Numbered from the stretch's first letter, positions 21,801 through 31,473 are shown. The stretch is DNA of 54,589 nt from Bacteroidia bacterium (GCA_018679315.1 JAHHLF010000141.1:1-54589); one strand, 5' to 3'. Numbers and translations are program-made. The notes: generated by a model from the sequence alone, not told the origin.

Positions 21801-22931
21801 TCAGATGGCGACGGCATAACAGATGGAGATGAAATAGCCAATGGAACAGATCCATTTGATCCCTGTGATCCTAATTTAACACCCGATTGTAATCCAAATC
21901 CTATTGATCTGCAAATCGTAAAGGTCTCTGATGTACAAGAAGCTGCGATCGGACAACTTTTGGTTTTCACCATCACAGCCACAAATCTATCGGATAGCAG
22001 GATCCTGGAAACTTTGATCTTGGATAATTTACCCGATGGATTCTTATATGATTCTCATGTGGCAGATCTGGGTACGTATGATCCGGATACTGGAGAATGG
22101 GTAATAGACGAAATGCAGGAGTTTGAAGAGGCAACTTTAGATATTTTAGTCGAAGTTCTGGAAGGAACAGACTATACGAATACAGCAAGTTTGAGCAAGT
22201 CTTTTCCGGCAGATGGGAATGCGTCCAACAACTCATCAAGTGTGACTATCTCTTTAGATATACCGGAAGGGGTGGATCTTACTATCGAAAAGACAGCGGT
22301 TAGTTCCAGGCCCTTAGTAGGTGATGAAGTGACATTTACGATCAAGGTAACAAATGAATCCCTGGAAGACACAGTGATTGATATCCGGGTTGAGGATATT
22401 GTTACGCTAGGATCGGATGATGGTTTCGTCTATCTAAGCCACCAGGCTTTAAAAGGAGATTATTCACAAGAAACCGGACTATGGGATATTCCCGCCCTGG
22501 CGAAGGATGAAGAAGCTATTTTGGAGATCGTCGTACAAGTCCCGAATCCGGGAACCTATTCCAATACGGCACGTATCTTATCCTCGTCTCCAACTGACGG
22601 AGATCCATCGAACAATATATCTATTGCCGAAGTTCAGGTTAATGAGAGAACAACGGAGGATTGCGGTTTCTTTTTTAATCAATTCTCGCCGAATGGAGAC
22701 GGTACGAATGACCGCTTGAGGATCAACTGCCTGGAGCTTTATCCAAATAACTCTATAGAGATATTTAATCGCTATGGAAGTCTTGTATTTGAGGCACAAA
22801 ATATGACAGCTGAAAACACCTGGGATGGTACGCGTAATAATAAGGAAGTTCCGGACGGCACATATTTCTATATTCTGGACCTGGGTGATGGATCTGAAAT
22901 ACAAAAAGGCTGGATACAGATAATCAGATGA
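18879..22931 (+). CDS. Large T9SS type-B-CTD surface protein: about 5 Calx-beta, Ig-like, TSP3-like acidic repeats, 2 DUF11, gliding-motility-associated CTD
   Basis: Calx-beta 'A..G.DY...DD..VE.DETF' units, D.D.DG..D repeats, C-terminal 'FSPNGDGTND...IFNRYG..V...WDG......PDGTYFY'. Confidence 0.9.
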   Translation: MSLKHQTYLAGKYSRVVRKALFILILLTLSVETTAQVTVQFTSATYSDPENVGGNVPSLSVIGTVPLGFTATFEVTDLLSGTGTSGTDYIYSVPVQTISLPTGTYFPGFQIPLTAQTDFAINGDLTVESDETIDFDLSTTSPLVSFGPNTAATYFILNDDSATLTITNQTVAEDVAAGQMVFTVTLDNAVDGGTDVDYTFIDGSATNGDDYTGTPDTLSFNGTIGETETIVVPINNDAIVEVDETFTVALGIPTNSAVSVIGSPATGTITNDDSATLTIANQTVAEDLAAGQMVFTVTLNNEVEGGTDVNYTFIDGSATNGDDYSGTPDTLSFNGTIGETETILVPINNDAIVEVDETFTVALGAPTVSGVSVIGSPATGTITNDDSATLTITDQTVAEDVAGGQMVFTVTLDNAVEGGTDVNYTFTDGSATNGDDYTGTPDTLSFDGTIGETETIIVPITNDALVEGDETFTVALGAPTNGGVSVIGSPATGTITNDDSATLTITDETELEDIAGNTMTFTVTLDNDTPGGTQVSFSFTDGTATFGDDYTGSASTPLVFAGNAGETATIPITLVDDALIEIDETFFVQLGTPTNGVLLAGGGTGTGTILNDDDCGGGTTAPELNTDIPATFCDVITESLNNFVINAPPAGTSLIWSINPDPLETSGHLTPAQVNDPNPGTYYGFFYDSLNNCASPTLEITLSVNNTPQITSTTSDTRCGEGEVTLTVDGFIPDSATSPNYAWYASQTSSDVISNLAVFTPTILATTTFWVEATANGCTSEREGVTATVIPPVSAGTPIDGSACSVEANGPTTIDLDDQLTGADAGEWTLTTDPSGSLTINPNNNVVNFEGRPDGVYVFTFTTTGAVAPCVNESAEVSILVNDCDVDTDGDGLFDGEEATLGTNPLEQDTDEDGIDDFTEVGPDINNPLDEDNDGIINALDSNVLDSDNDGVNDQQDPGNLNPCIPDNLNALCDSDGDGITDGDEIANGTDPFDPCDPNLTPDCNPNPIDLQIVKVSDVQEAAIGQLLVFTITATNLSDSRILETLILDNLPDGFLYDSHVADLGTYDPDTGEWVIDEMQEFEEATLDILVEVLEGTDYTNTASLSKSFPADGNASNNSSSVTISLDIPEGVDLTIEKTAVSSRPLVGDEVTFTIKVTNESLEDTVIDIRVEDIVTLGSDDGFVYLSHQALKGDYSQETGLWDIPALAKDEEAILEIVVQVPNPGTYSNTARILSSSPTDGDPSNNISIAEVQVNERTTEDCGFFFNQFSPNGDGTNDRLRINCLELYPNNSIEIFNRYGSLVFEAQNMTAENTWDGTRNNKEVPDGTYFYILDLGDGSEIQKGWIQIIR
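19350..20708 (+). repeat. Intragenic tandem repeat, 339-bp (113-aa) Calx-beta units
   Basis: Units start (AATGATGA) at 19350, 19689, 20028, 20367; first three highly similar, fourth divergent. Confidence 0.9.
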
Positions 22932-23929
22932 GAATACGACCAGTTGACATATGGGATCGCCGGCGAATATACCTGGTTTTTGTAAGTGCCTGTCTGGCAC
23001 TTGTTGTCAGTAATGACCTGTACGGACAACGAGAGCCACAGTATACACAGTATATGTACAACATTGGCAGTTTTAACCCGGCTTATATTGGCTCTGTGTC
23101 CAGAACAGATATTTCCTTATTATACAGAAGTCAATGGATAGATATCCCCGGAGCACCCAGAACACTTAGGTTAGGCTTGAATGCCCCCCTGAAGAACAAA
23201 AAGCACGGAATTGGGTTAAATATAGTAAGCGACGAACTAGGCCCCTCCAGCCAGACATATGTAGATCTTGGCTATTCTTACCAGGTTAATTTATCAGATG
23301 AAACCAAATTAGCCTTTGGACTGGATGTTGGTGGATCATTCCTCAATTTGGATTTTAGCAAAGGGACTTTTGAAAATCCGGGCGAACCTATCCTGGAAAC
23401 AGAGATCGTTAAGAATTTCTATGCTACAATAGGCGCAGGATTATTCATGTATGGAGACAATTGGTATCTGGGTACTTCGGTTCCAAATTTCTTGACAGAT
23501 GATCTTTACAATGCTGAGGTGGCAACCATTGTTGAAGATAAATTACAGTTCAATTTCATTGGTGGCGTGGTCTTTGATCTTAACGAGAATTTAAAGTTTA
23601 AACCTGCAATTTTGGTTAATTTTATTTCAGGAGCACCGGCAACTGTTAATGGTTCTGCCAATTTCATGTTTAGTGATGTGTTTACTGCCGGGGTTTCGTA
23701 TCGAGCTAATAATGCAATAAGTGGCCTGGCTGGATTTAAAATTTCAAATACAGTGTACATAGGGTACGCTTATGATTATGCGACCACTACACTGGCCGAC
23801 TACAGTAGCGGTTCACATGAAGTGATCCTGAAGTTTTATTTAGGTAGTGCGGAACCGGATTCAGGATCGTCCAAATCCAAGTCAAAAAAAGGAAAAGCAA
23901 AACGAATCGATACGCCTAGATTTTTTTAA
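22928..23929 (+). CDS. T9SS membrane protein PorP/SprF family
   Basis: 'QREPQYTQYMYN..SFNPAY.G', 'YRSQW..IPGAPRT', 'GSHEVIL', 'TPRFF'. Confidence 0.93.
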   Translation: MRIRPVDIWDRRRIYLVFVSACLALVVSNDLYGQREPQYTQYMYNIGSFNPAYIGSVSRTDISLLYRSQWIDIPGAPRTLRLGLNAPLKNKKHGIGLNIVSDELGPSSQTYVDLGYSYQVNLSDETKLAFGLDVGGSFLNLDFSKGTFENPGEPILETEIVKNFYATIGAGLFMYGDNWYLGTSVPNFLTDDLYNAEVATIVEDKLQFNFIGGVVFDLNENLKFKPAILVNFISGAPATVNGSANFMFSDVFTAGVSYRANNAISGLAGFKISNTVYIGYAYDYATTTLADYSSGSHEVILKFYLGSAEPDSGSSKSKSKKGKAKRIDTPRFF

Positions 23930-23938
23930 TAGGAGGCA

Positions 23939-25873
23939 ATGAGAATATATAGGATAATTTTAGGGCTAGTTTTATTCAGTAGCACATGCGTATGGGCTCA
24001 ACAACCTGTGTCCAAAGCTGACAAATTATTCTATGAATATTCATTTGAAGAGGCTATTGCTGAATATACCAAGGAAACGGCAAAAGGCCCTCTTAGTTTA
24101 ATACAAATAAGAAATTTGGCCGAGTCCTATGAAAAGACGGGTAACCGGGATGAAGCGCTATTATTATACAAGGACTTATTTCAACGCGACTCATCCTTCC
24201 CGCCATTCTATGTAAACAAAATGTTGAATTTGGATGTCCTAGCATCCAATTCTGAACAGCAGGCGAAGGATTTTCTAACTGCCCATCCGGATATTTTCGC
24301 AGAAGAAGTCAGGGAGAATGCTCTCTTCAACTATGATATTCGATTAGATGAGGAAGATCCGGACACTCAATTCAGAATATTTGAAATTCCTGCAAACTCC
24401 GCGCAGCTAGATTTTGCGCCAACATTTTTTGGGGATAATGTGCTCTTCACGAGTAGTCGGAGCCAGGATTCTAAAGACACCTATTTTCCGACAGGAGAGT
24501 CGTACCTGGATATTTTTTTGGCTAAAGTACAGGCTGATGGGTCCATCACCAATGCGGCACCTTATCATGTTATCGAAGAATCAAGATTCCATCAGGCAAC
24601 TCCATATTACTCCTCTAGCCTCAATAAGCTGTTCTATATACGTTCGAATGAAAAAAATGGGCGTTTGTCTTTTGATGATAATGGAAAGAATGCATTGGCA
24701 TTGGGGGTTTCAGATTTTCAGAATAAGTTTACTTTCCTGATGCGCGACCTGAGTACATCCTTCTATTACCCATTTTTTGATGAGTCTACCCAAAAATTGT
24801 TCTTTGCAGCAGAATTTGATGATAGCTATGGCGGAACAGATATTTATTTTGTGTATACCAATAACGGACAAATTATGTCTGCTCCTGTCAACTTAGGACC
24901 TAAGGTCAATTCCCCGGCCAATGAAATATCACCTTTTATCTTTGAAAACAGTTTGTATTTCGCATCTGATGTGTTTTACGGATTTGGGGGGATGGATATA
25001 TATAAGTCGGACATGGGTGACGACAATTTTTACAGCACACCCATAAATATGGGTCCTAGTATAAATTCTCCCAAAGATGAGTTCGCGTTTATTATTAGAC
25101 CTGAAGGAGAGGGTTTGATCGGATACTTTTCTTCTAACAGGGATGGGGGGCTTGGAAAAGATGATCTCTATGGATTTCGGTTGAAAAAGAAACCTGGACC
25201 CAAGACACTGATCTTTAAAGGGCAGGTAGTGAAGGCCAATACAGAATTTGGAATTTCAGATGTTACCCTTACGGTTAAAGATGAGACCGGAAAAGTAATA
25301 AAAGAGATCACAACAAACGCTCAGGGTGATTATCAGATAGAAATTCCCTGGAAAGAAGGTATTTCTGTGAGTTGCACAAAGCCCAAGTATTCGCTTTTTA
25401 GCCGACGATTTGGCGAAGAGGGACTTAAGGCCATAAAAGATAACAATGTCAATATTGAATTGGTCTACCTGGATGATATTGTCATGGATCGTGAAGATCG
25501 TAAGGTATTACGCTTAAAAAAATTCTGGTTTGATAAAGGGCAGAGTCGAATCACTCCGGACATTGAAATGGAATTAAATAAGGTTGTTGCAGCCGTATCT
25601 CAATTTCCGAACCTGCAACTGCGTATTGAAGCACATACAGATAGCAGGGGTAGTAATGCTGCTAATTCCAGACTTTCCCAGCAGCGCGCCGATGCAATTA
25701 AAAGTTATTTACGGGCCAAAGGAGTGCCGGAAAGTACTATCCTCAATAGTACCGGTTATGGGGAAGAACGCATTCTCAATAATTGCACGAACGGAGTTTA
25801 TTGCCTGGACATTCTGCATAGAAAGAATGAACGTCACCTGATCGTTATAGAGAACTACGATGTCTTGTTCTAG
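23939..25873 (+). CDS. OmpA-family protein (TPR - PD40/WD40-like - carboxypeptidase-regulatory-like - OmpA), PorE-like
   Basis: 'SSNRDGGLGKDDLY', 'HTDSRGSNAANSRLSQQRA', 'GYGE....N.C'. Confidence 0.88.
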   Translation: MRIYRIILGLVLFSSTCVWAQQPVSKADKLFYEYSFEEAIAEYTKETAKGPLSLIQIRNLAESYEKTGNRDEALLLYKDLFQRDSSFPPFYVNKMLNLDVLASNSEQQAKDFLTAHPDIFAEEVRENALFNYDIRLDEEDPDTQFRIFEIPANSAQLDFAPTFFGDNVLFTSSRSQDSKDTYFPTGESYLDIFLAKVQADGSITNAAPYHVIEESRFHQATPYYSSSLNKLFYIRSNEKNGRLSFDDNGKNALALGVSDFQNKFTFLMRDLSTSFYYPFFDESTQKLFFAAEFDDSYGGTDIYFVYTNNGQIMSAPVNLGPKVNSPANEISPFIFENSLYFASDVFYGFGGMDIYKSDMGDDNFYSTPINMGPSINSPKDEFAFIIRPEGEGLIGYFSSNRDGGLGKDDLYGFRLKKKPGPKTLIFKGQVVKANTEFGISDVTLTVKDETGKVIKEITTNAQGDYQIEIPWKEGISVSCTKPKYSLFSRRFGEEGLKAIKDNNVNIELVYLDDIVMDREDRKVLRLKKFWFDKGQSRITPDIEMELNKVVAAVSQFPNLQLRIEAHTDSRGSNAANSRLSQQRADAIKSYLRAKGVPESTILNSTGYGEERILNNCTNGVYCLDILHRKNERHLIVIENYDVLF

Positions 25874-27123
25874 TTGAAAAACAACCAGCAGTAATAAATA
25901 GCAAAACCCCCGAGAAAGAGCATGCCAATATAGGTTAGCCATTGTAAGCCTTTGCCAGGTCTGTATTGGCTCGGAAGATCGTGGCTCATCACATTTTTGA
26001 GATTCATATAGCCAACTACAGGAGCCAGTACAAAAGAAACAAAGGTCGCCAGAGCTACCAATTGACCCATATTTGCGCTAAAAACAGTAACGACGATATA
26101 ATTGACGAAAGCCAAAAATAGGATCCCGATTACATAATACTTTTTCCCACTAAAATCCTGTTCTTCAGGGGTAATGTGTTTTAGGATGTCTAAACTGACA
26201 CGTGCTATGGCATCATGTGCAGTCATACAGGTACTGAACATAGTAGCAAAGGCAGAAACGGCAATAAAGATATAGGCCCAACTCCCTATGTGAGTAGTGA
26301 ATAATTGAACTACCTGATCTGCAAATAGGGTAGAATTAGAACTGAGCTCGGTGTTTGTGCCATAAAGCGTAAACCATCCTATGACCAGAAAGAACACGGC
26401 TAAAAGCGCAGTCATAATGTATCCTGAATTGAATTCTTGCAGGGCTTCTTTCAGACTGGGTCTGGCCCCAAGTAGTTTGTATTTCTCCAGGCTCCACAAA
26501 CTTATCCAGCTCGAGGCTTCCACCGCTGTTGGCATCCAGCCAATAAGACTAATTAGAAATAAGATCCCAACCTCGTTAAAAATAGCCGGTGGTTCAAAAT
26601 TTACCACGGCATCTACCGGACCTTTTTGTATCACTAATAGGGTAGTTACCAAAAGAGCTACAAATAAAATGGTGATCACAAATTTCAGGGAAGTCTCCAA
26701 AAACTTATACCTGCCAAGGATTAAAATGGTACTTATAAAGACAAATAATCCTAAAGCTGTATACCCCACAGATAAATTTGGAATGTCAAATAAGTTGATG
26801 AATAATCCTGCCGTAACTACATATAAAGCTGCAAGGATGGTAAATGTAGTGATAATGGTGATCAGGGTATAGATCCACAAATATCCCTTGCCGCGAAACT
26901 TATAGCCTTCGATCAACGACCTGTTGGTGACATTGGTATATCGAATTCCAAATTCGAAAAATGGATATTTAAAGATATTCGCCAGGATAATAGGGATGAT
27001 CATGATCCAGCCATACTGTGCTCCGGCTTTGGTTGATAAAACAAGATGAGAGGTGCCAATGGCCATACTGGCAAATAGGAGTCCGGGGCCAAGATTCTTT
27101 AGTAAGGTTTTCAGGCTAGACAT
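25870..27123 (-). CDS. NRAMP-like divalent metal/solute transporter
   Basis: 'LGPGLLFASMAIGTSHLV..T.AGA.YG', 'GWMP', about 11 TM segments. Confidence 0.82.
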   Translation of the reverse strand: MSSLKTLLKNLGPGLLFASMAIGTSHLVLSTKAGAQYGWIMIIPIILANIFKYPFFEFGIRYTNVTNRSLIEGYKFRGKGYLWIYTLITIITTFTILAALYVVTAGLFINLFDIPNLSVGYTALGLFVFISTILILGRYKFLETSLKFVITILFVALLVTTLLVIQKGPVDAVVNFEPPAIFNEVGILFLISLIGWMPTAVEASSWISLWSLEKYKLLGARPSLKEALQEFNSGYIMTALLAVFFLVIGWFTLYGTNTELSSNSTLFADQVVQLFTTHIGSWAYIFIAVSAFATMFSTCMTAHDAIARVSLDILKHITPEEQDFSGKKYYVIGILFLAFVNYIVVTVFSANMGQLVALATFVSFVLAPVVGYMNLKNVMSHDLPSQYRPGKGLQWLTYIGMLFLGGFAIYYCWLFFN

Positions 27124-27758
27124 TATTCAATGATCACTTTATTACCCAGGAACTTGGGTTGTGTCTTCATCAAGATATCAACAAAAACTTTTACTCTGGC
27201 AAAATATTCCCGTAAATGCACTTTTAACCCCTTATTTCCCTGAACATCCTTGGCATTAAATCCTATCGCATATAAGCCGTGTTTTTGTGCCAGGTAGATA
27301 GCGCGTTCATTGTGAAATTCCTGGGAGATCACCGTGGCATTCGTCAGCCCAAAAACTTCCTTGGCCCTCACCATGGAATCCAAGGTCCGAAAACCGGCAA
27401 GATCAAGGAATATTTTCTCTTCGGGAATACCTCCTGCTATAAGATCCTTCTTCATTCTGTCCGGCTCGTTATAGTATATGGTACCATTATCCCCGCTGAC
27501 CAGTACGAATTTGATCTTTCCCGCATTATAGAGATTGATCGTCGCCTTGATCCGGTTGGTGTAGAATGGATTCAAACCACCTTCCATGAGGTGGCGGGCA
27601 GTGCCAAGAACAATCCCTACGTGATTATCGGGTAGATTATTAATATCATGATAGGTTTGTCCCCGTGAAGCCTGTTCGATGATCAGATTGCAAACGATCA
27701 AGACCAGGAAAGGAAGAATAGCAAGGGTGAAAAGAATGTTGCGTATTCTTTTTCTCAT
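27123..27758 (-). CDS. sanA: SanA/YdcF (DUF218) family protein
   Basis: 'GIVLGT', 'LVSGDN...YNEP..M', 'AGFRTLDSMVRA', 'SQEFHNERA', 'REYFARVK'; start ATG 27758; TAATG coupling with NRAMP gene. Confidence 0.88.
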   Translation of the reverse strand: MRKRIRNILFTLAILPFLVLIVCNLIIEQASRGQTYHDINNLPDNHVGIVLGTARHLMEGGLNPFYTNRIKATINLYNAGKIKFVLVSGDNGTIYYNEPDRMKKDLIAGGIPEEKIFLDLAGFRTLDSMVRAKEVFGLTNATVISQEFHNERAIYLAQKHGLYAIGFNAKDVQGNKGLKVHLREYFARVKVFVDILMKTQPKFLGNKVIIE

Positions 27759-27854
27759 TGGTTTGTTTAAAATAAAGGTAAGGAATGTTGCTTTATGAAT
27801 GGGGGCGATACTACTAAAATGCCTTAACTCATAAATGTCCATGGCTTGAACTAG

Positions 27855-27885
27855 AAAACAGCCTATGAAATATCACAGGCTGCTT
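27855..27885 (-). terminator. Intrinsic terminator after FadL-like gene
   Basis: Minus strand GCAGCCTGTGA-tatt-TCATAGGCTGT-TTTC. Confidence 0.65.
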
Positions 27886-27919
27886 ATTTACAGGCATTAA
27901 TCCATTAGGGAACTATTAG

Positions 27920-29230
27920 TTATTTGATAAAGGTGTAACTGGCCCCAACCATGATCATGGATGTTTTCATGTCATAAGACACCTCGCTTCCGGGAATAGC
28001 CCCATATGGTGGGAAATTCCCGATAAATTGTGGGTTGAGCAGTTGCCCGGTTGTAGCATCTCCACTGCTGCCATAGTGGAATACACCATCGATAGTGAAT
28101 TTATCACTAGCCTCATAACTCAATCCGAATTGAAAGGCATTTTTTATAATAGCTGTCGCTGGTACACTAAAAAATGACAATTCCTCATTGATCGGGTTGG
28201 AACTATACGTATAGCCAAGACGCAGCGGCAGTTTGGAAATACCTTTATATTGTAGTCCAGCTGAAATGACAGAAATGCTCTCCCAGCCAAATCCGACTAC
28301 TGATGCGGTTGGGCTCCATCCAGCTGCTTCAAATCCTTCTGTATTTTCATAATCCACAAAGCGGTAATCTACGGCGAGATCAATATCTCCTGTTGAATAC
28401 CCGAGCCCTAACGACCATATAGAGGGGTAGTCTAATTGGAAATTACTTGTAGAAGTGCTATTGTCTAAATACGTATTGTCAAATTCAAATTCTTCAAAAG
28501 ATTGTGTGGTTTTATAGGCCGCACCGGCTTTAAAGCCGCTTCCGGAATCAAAATATACCCCAATTTGTCCGCCAAAACCTAGGGCGGTTGTTTCATCTGT
28601 TGATGGATATCCGGCCGCTGTTGGATTAGCAGTTGGGTTAGGCATTAATTCCAGAGACGAGTAATCAAAATTGGGCTGCAATCCAACAGAAAATTGATCG
28701 GACAGTTCATACGCCCAGGTAAAACTTACCTGAAGGAGATTATACTCGGATTGGACACGACCAAAACCGCCCATACTCTGAGGAGCTGTGATTGGGTTTG
28801 CCATGTTTTCGGGGAAGGTCACCCCAAAACCGCTGATACCAAAGGCTGATACCCCAAAGGTATGCTTGCTGCTTTCATTTCCCCAGACATAAGCTATAGA
28901 AGGAAGAGGTGATACACCTTTGTCATCTTCTGTGGTTCCGCTAAAGAAATTACCAGTTGGCATTCCCATAGAATCAAATTCAGGAACGGTTGAGCTCAAT
29001 TCAGGAGAGGAGAAGAAAAACCCTATATCCGCCTTAAGGATATTGTTATCAAATGTGGAGAGCGCAGCCGGATTCCAATGTATGGCCCCGGAAATATCCA
29101 GCGGCTGACCTGTGGCAGCCCCTCCCATAGACATGTTTACAGATCCAACCCCCTGCATAATATGACCTGCCTGGCCAAACAAGGCGGTTGTACCTAGTAA
29201 AACAAATGCGTAAAAGATTGATTTATTCAT
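27920..29230 (-). CDS. OmpP1/FadL family outer membrane transporter
   Basis: Signal peptide, 'SMGGA..G......AIHWNPAAL' hatch motif, beta-barrel with C-terminal aromatic residues. Confidence 0.85.
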   Translation of the reverse strand: MNKSIFYAFVLLGTTALFGQAGHIMQGVGSVNMSMGGAATGQPLDISGAIHWNPAALSTFDNNILKADIGFFFSSPELSSTVPEFDSMGMPTGNFFSGTTEDDKGVSPLPSIAYVWGNESSKHTFGVSAFGISGFGVTFPENMANPITAPQSMGGFGRVQSEYNLLQVSFTWAYELSDQFSVGLQPNFDYSSLELMPNPTANPTAAGYPSTDETTALGFGGQIGVYFDSGSGFKAGAAYKTTQSFEEFEFDNTYLDNSTSTSNFQLDYPSIWSLGLGYSTGDIDLAVDYRFVDYENTEGFEAAGWSPTASVVGFGWESISVISAGLQYKGISKLPLRLGYTYSSNPINEELSFFSVPATAIIKNAFQFGLSYEASDKFTIDGVFHYGSSGDATTGQLLNPQFIGNFPPYGAIPGSEVSYDMKTSMIMVGASYTFIK

Positions 29231-29512
29231 GATGTTATAGTTTAGTAAGAGAAAAAAGCAGGAATAAAACCCCGGCTTATTTCTGAAAATTTTTGTTCCA
29301 ATTAGTTAAAATTCTGGATAAAAGTATTCGAGGAAATCCTGCTTTTGTATGACGAAAGTCATAAAAAAGAATAAGGATTATTCGAATGATTCAAAATACT
29401 GAAAAACAGTTATTTATGTATGTAACAAAGGTTGCACAACTATGAAAAAATTAGTGTGAATACGTGAGGGTTCTTATGCAGTGGTTTCGGATTTGGAGAA
29501 GCACAGTGATAG

Positions 29513-29560
29513 TGTCCCCGAGGCAGGACTTATGCTGACCTTTAGTGTCAGTATGAATCC
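29513..29560 (-). mobile_element. Degenerate tRNA-Leu 3'-end copy (att-like), interrupted by a 23-bp palindrome
   Basis: TGTCCCCGAGGCAGGACTT is 16/19 identical to 46486-46504; then ATGCTGACCTTTAGTGTCAGTAT (29532-29554); then GAATCC versus GAACCC in the tRNA. Confidence 0.6.
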
Positions 29561-29751
29561 CAATATCTCATTTTGAACAAGAAAAGCTACTCCTTCTGGA
29601 TAATTAAATTGTTGATTTCCATTATGCCCAAGAAAGCTCAAGGCCCACCACGATTTCGTACAGCAAAAAGGTTGTCAAAACCTTGTCCGGATGGTAAAAG
29701 TTTCTCTAATCCGGTTTATTTGGTTTAAATTTATAAGAAACAACAGAAATC

Positions 29752-29883
29752 GTGGGAAGTAAATATTTCGGTAATAAACACGAGAATAAAACTTCAAGTA
29801 AGAAGACCAAGGGTACTCCAACTAAAAAAGGTAGAGGAAAGAAAGTTGGAGCCGGAATCCGTAAAGTAGGTCGGGGTAAATAA
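29752..29883 (+). CDS. Putative 43-aa Lys/Gly-rich small protein (not in ORF track)
   Basis: GTG start after A-rich leader; MGSKYFGNKHENKTSSKKTKGTPTKKGRGKKVGAGIRKVGRGK*. Confidence 0.5.
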   Translation: MGSKYFGNKHENKTSSKKTKGTPTKKGRGKKVGAGIRKVGRGK

Positions 29884-30003
29884 TGAAGTTTATTTGATTC
29901 ACATCAACAACGGTTTGCATCCTACCAAACTCGATATCTATCTATTCTCAAAACTTCCTGACATCCTTCAGTATATAAAGCGTTTTAGCAGGAATTGTTT
30001 AAT

Positions 30004-31473
30004 TCACAGAGCCCCTCGTTCAGCGTGCTGTCTTTCCGCCTCTTCCTGCTCACGAGACATATCTTCCAAAGTTCTGCCTTTGGTTTCTTTAACAAACGAT
30101 TTGACAAAGAAATAGGCCACTAAGCCAAAGAGTGCATAAACTCCATAGGAAACACCCAGACCTAAATATGTCAGCATAATGGGGAAAGTCATGGTTATAG
30201 TAAAGTTGGATCCCCACTGGGCTATTCCGCAAACAGCCAACGCAGCTCCTCTGTATTGATTTGGAAACATTTCGCCCAGCATAACCCACATTACCGGACC
30301 CCATGAGGCTGCAAAAAAGGCAATGTAAGCATTAGCCGCTATTAAGGCATAGGTGCCATTATTTCCTTCCAAAATAAGATTATTTGCACTATCCAGGGTT
30401 GCCGTTCCGAATAGATAGGCAAGTACTCCTAGCATTACCGCCTGCCCAATCGAACCCACTAGCAATAAAGGTTTTCTGCCAACCTTATCTATCAGAATAA
30501 TAGCCACAAAAGTGAAAAATATATTAACACTTCCACTTATGACATTGGTAAGTAACGCATCGGCCTCTGTAAATCCTGCGGCTTGCCAGAGTGTAGCACC
30601 ATAATAAAAAATCACATTAATACCCGTAAACTGTTGAAGTACCGCAATTCCAATACCAACCCAAACTAAGGGATGAATTTTGCCGCTATATTTACTGATG
30701 ATGTCACTGAGTTTGGGACGGCTATCCTCTCTTACCGTTGATTTTATATCCGCAACCTTTGCAGTGGCTTCTATGGCATTGCTAATAGTAGAAAGTACTT
30801 TGTGCGCTTTTTCGGATTGGTTTGAAGCCACTAGATACCTTGGTGATTCAGGGATGAAAAGAAGCACAATCACGAATATAGATGCCGGTAGTATTTCAGC
30901 CCAAAACATCCATGACCAGGTCTGATATCCCATCCAAAGCACTTCTTCAGCACCACCGGAGAGCCCAACAAGTGAATAATTACTCATAAATGCCACAAAC
31001 AGACCAATTACAATCATTAGTTGTTGTAATGTAGCCAGCCGGCCTCTGATTTTCGAAGGCGCAATTTCACTGATATAAAGTGGTGCCAATATACTGGCTG
31101 CACCTACAGCTACTCCACCAACTAATCGATACATAACAAACTCCAATGAACCTTCAGAGATACCCGAACCCCAGGCACTGATGATAAAAATGAAAGCTGC
31201 GGTCAACATCATTGGCTTTCTTCCGAACCTGTCAGCCAATGTACCGGCGAAAAAGGCACCCACAACGCAACCCAGGAGTACCGAGGCAACATTAAATCCC
31301 GTTCCTGCGGCATCTGAGTCAAATGCCACCTGTAGGGCATCGACAGTACCATTTATTACTCCGCTATCAAACCCAAACAAAAATCCACCTATCGCGGCGA
31401 CGAAAGCCAAGAAGATGACCTTAGGTAAATTGTAACTCTCAATGTGCGTGGATTCTTTCTGCTGATCACTCAT
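30004..31473 (-). CDS. Sugar porter family MFS transporter (GalP/XylE/GlcP-like)
   Basis: 'GGFLFGFDSGVING', 'DRFGRK', 'YISEIAP..RG', 'PESPR', 'QQFTGINVIFYY', 'ETKGRTLE'. Confidence 0.95.
   Translation of the reverse strand: MSDQQKESTHIESYNLPKVIFLAFVAAIGGFLFGFDSGVINGTVDALQVAFDSDAAGTGFNVASVLLGCVVGAFFAGTLADRFGRKPMMLTAAFIFIISAWGSGISEGSLEFVMYRLVGGVAVGAASILAPLYISEIAPSKIRGRLATLQQLMIVIGLFVAFMSNYSLVGLSGGAEEVLWMGYQTWSWMFWAEILPASIFVIVLLFIPESPRYLVASNQSEKAHKVLSTISNAIEATAKVADIKSTVREDSRPKLSDIISKYSGKIHPLVWVGIGIAVLQQFTGINVIFYYGATLWQAAGFTEADALLTNVISGSVNIFFTFVAIILIDKVGRKPLLLVGSIGQAVMLGVLAYLFGTATLDSANNLILEGNNGTYALIAANAYIAFFAASWGPVMWVMLGEMFPNQYRGAALAVCGIAQWGSNFTITMTFPIMLTYLGLGVSYGVYALFGLVAYFFVKSFVKETKGRTLEDMSREQEEAERQHAERGAL

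Noticed and set aside
29624..29728. 34-aa ORF next to the distal att-like site as an integrase remnant
   Set aside because: No recognisable integrase motifs in any of the three forward frames
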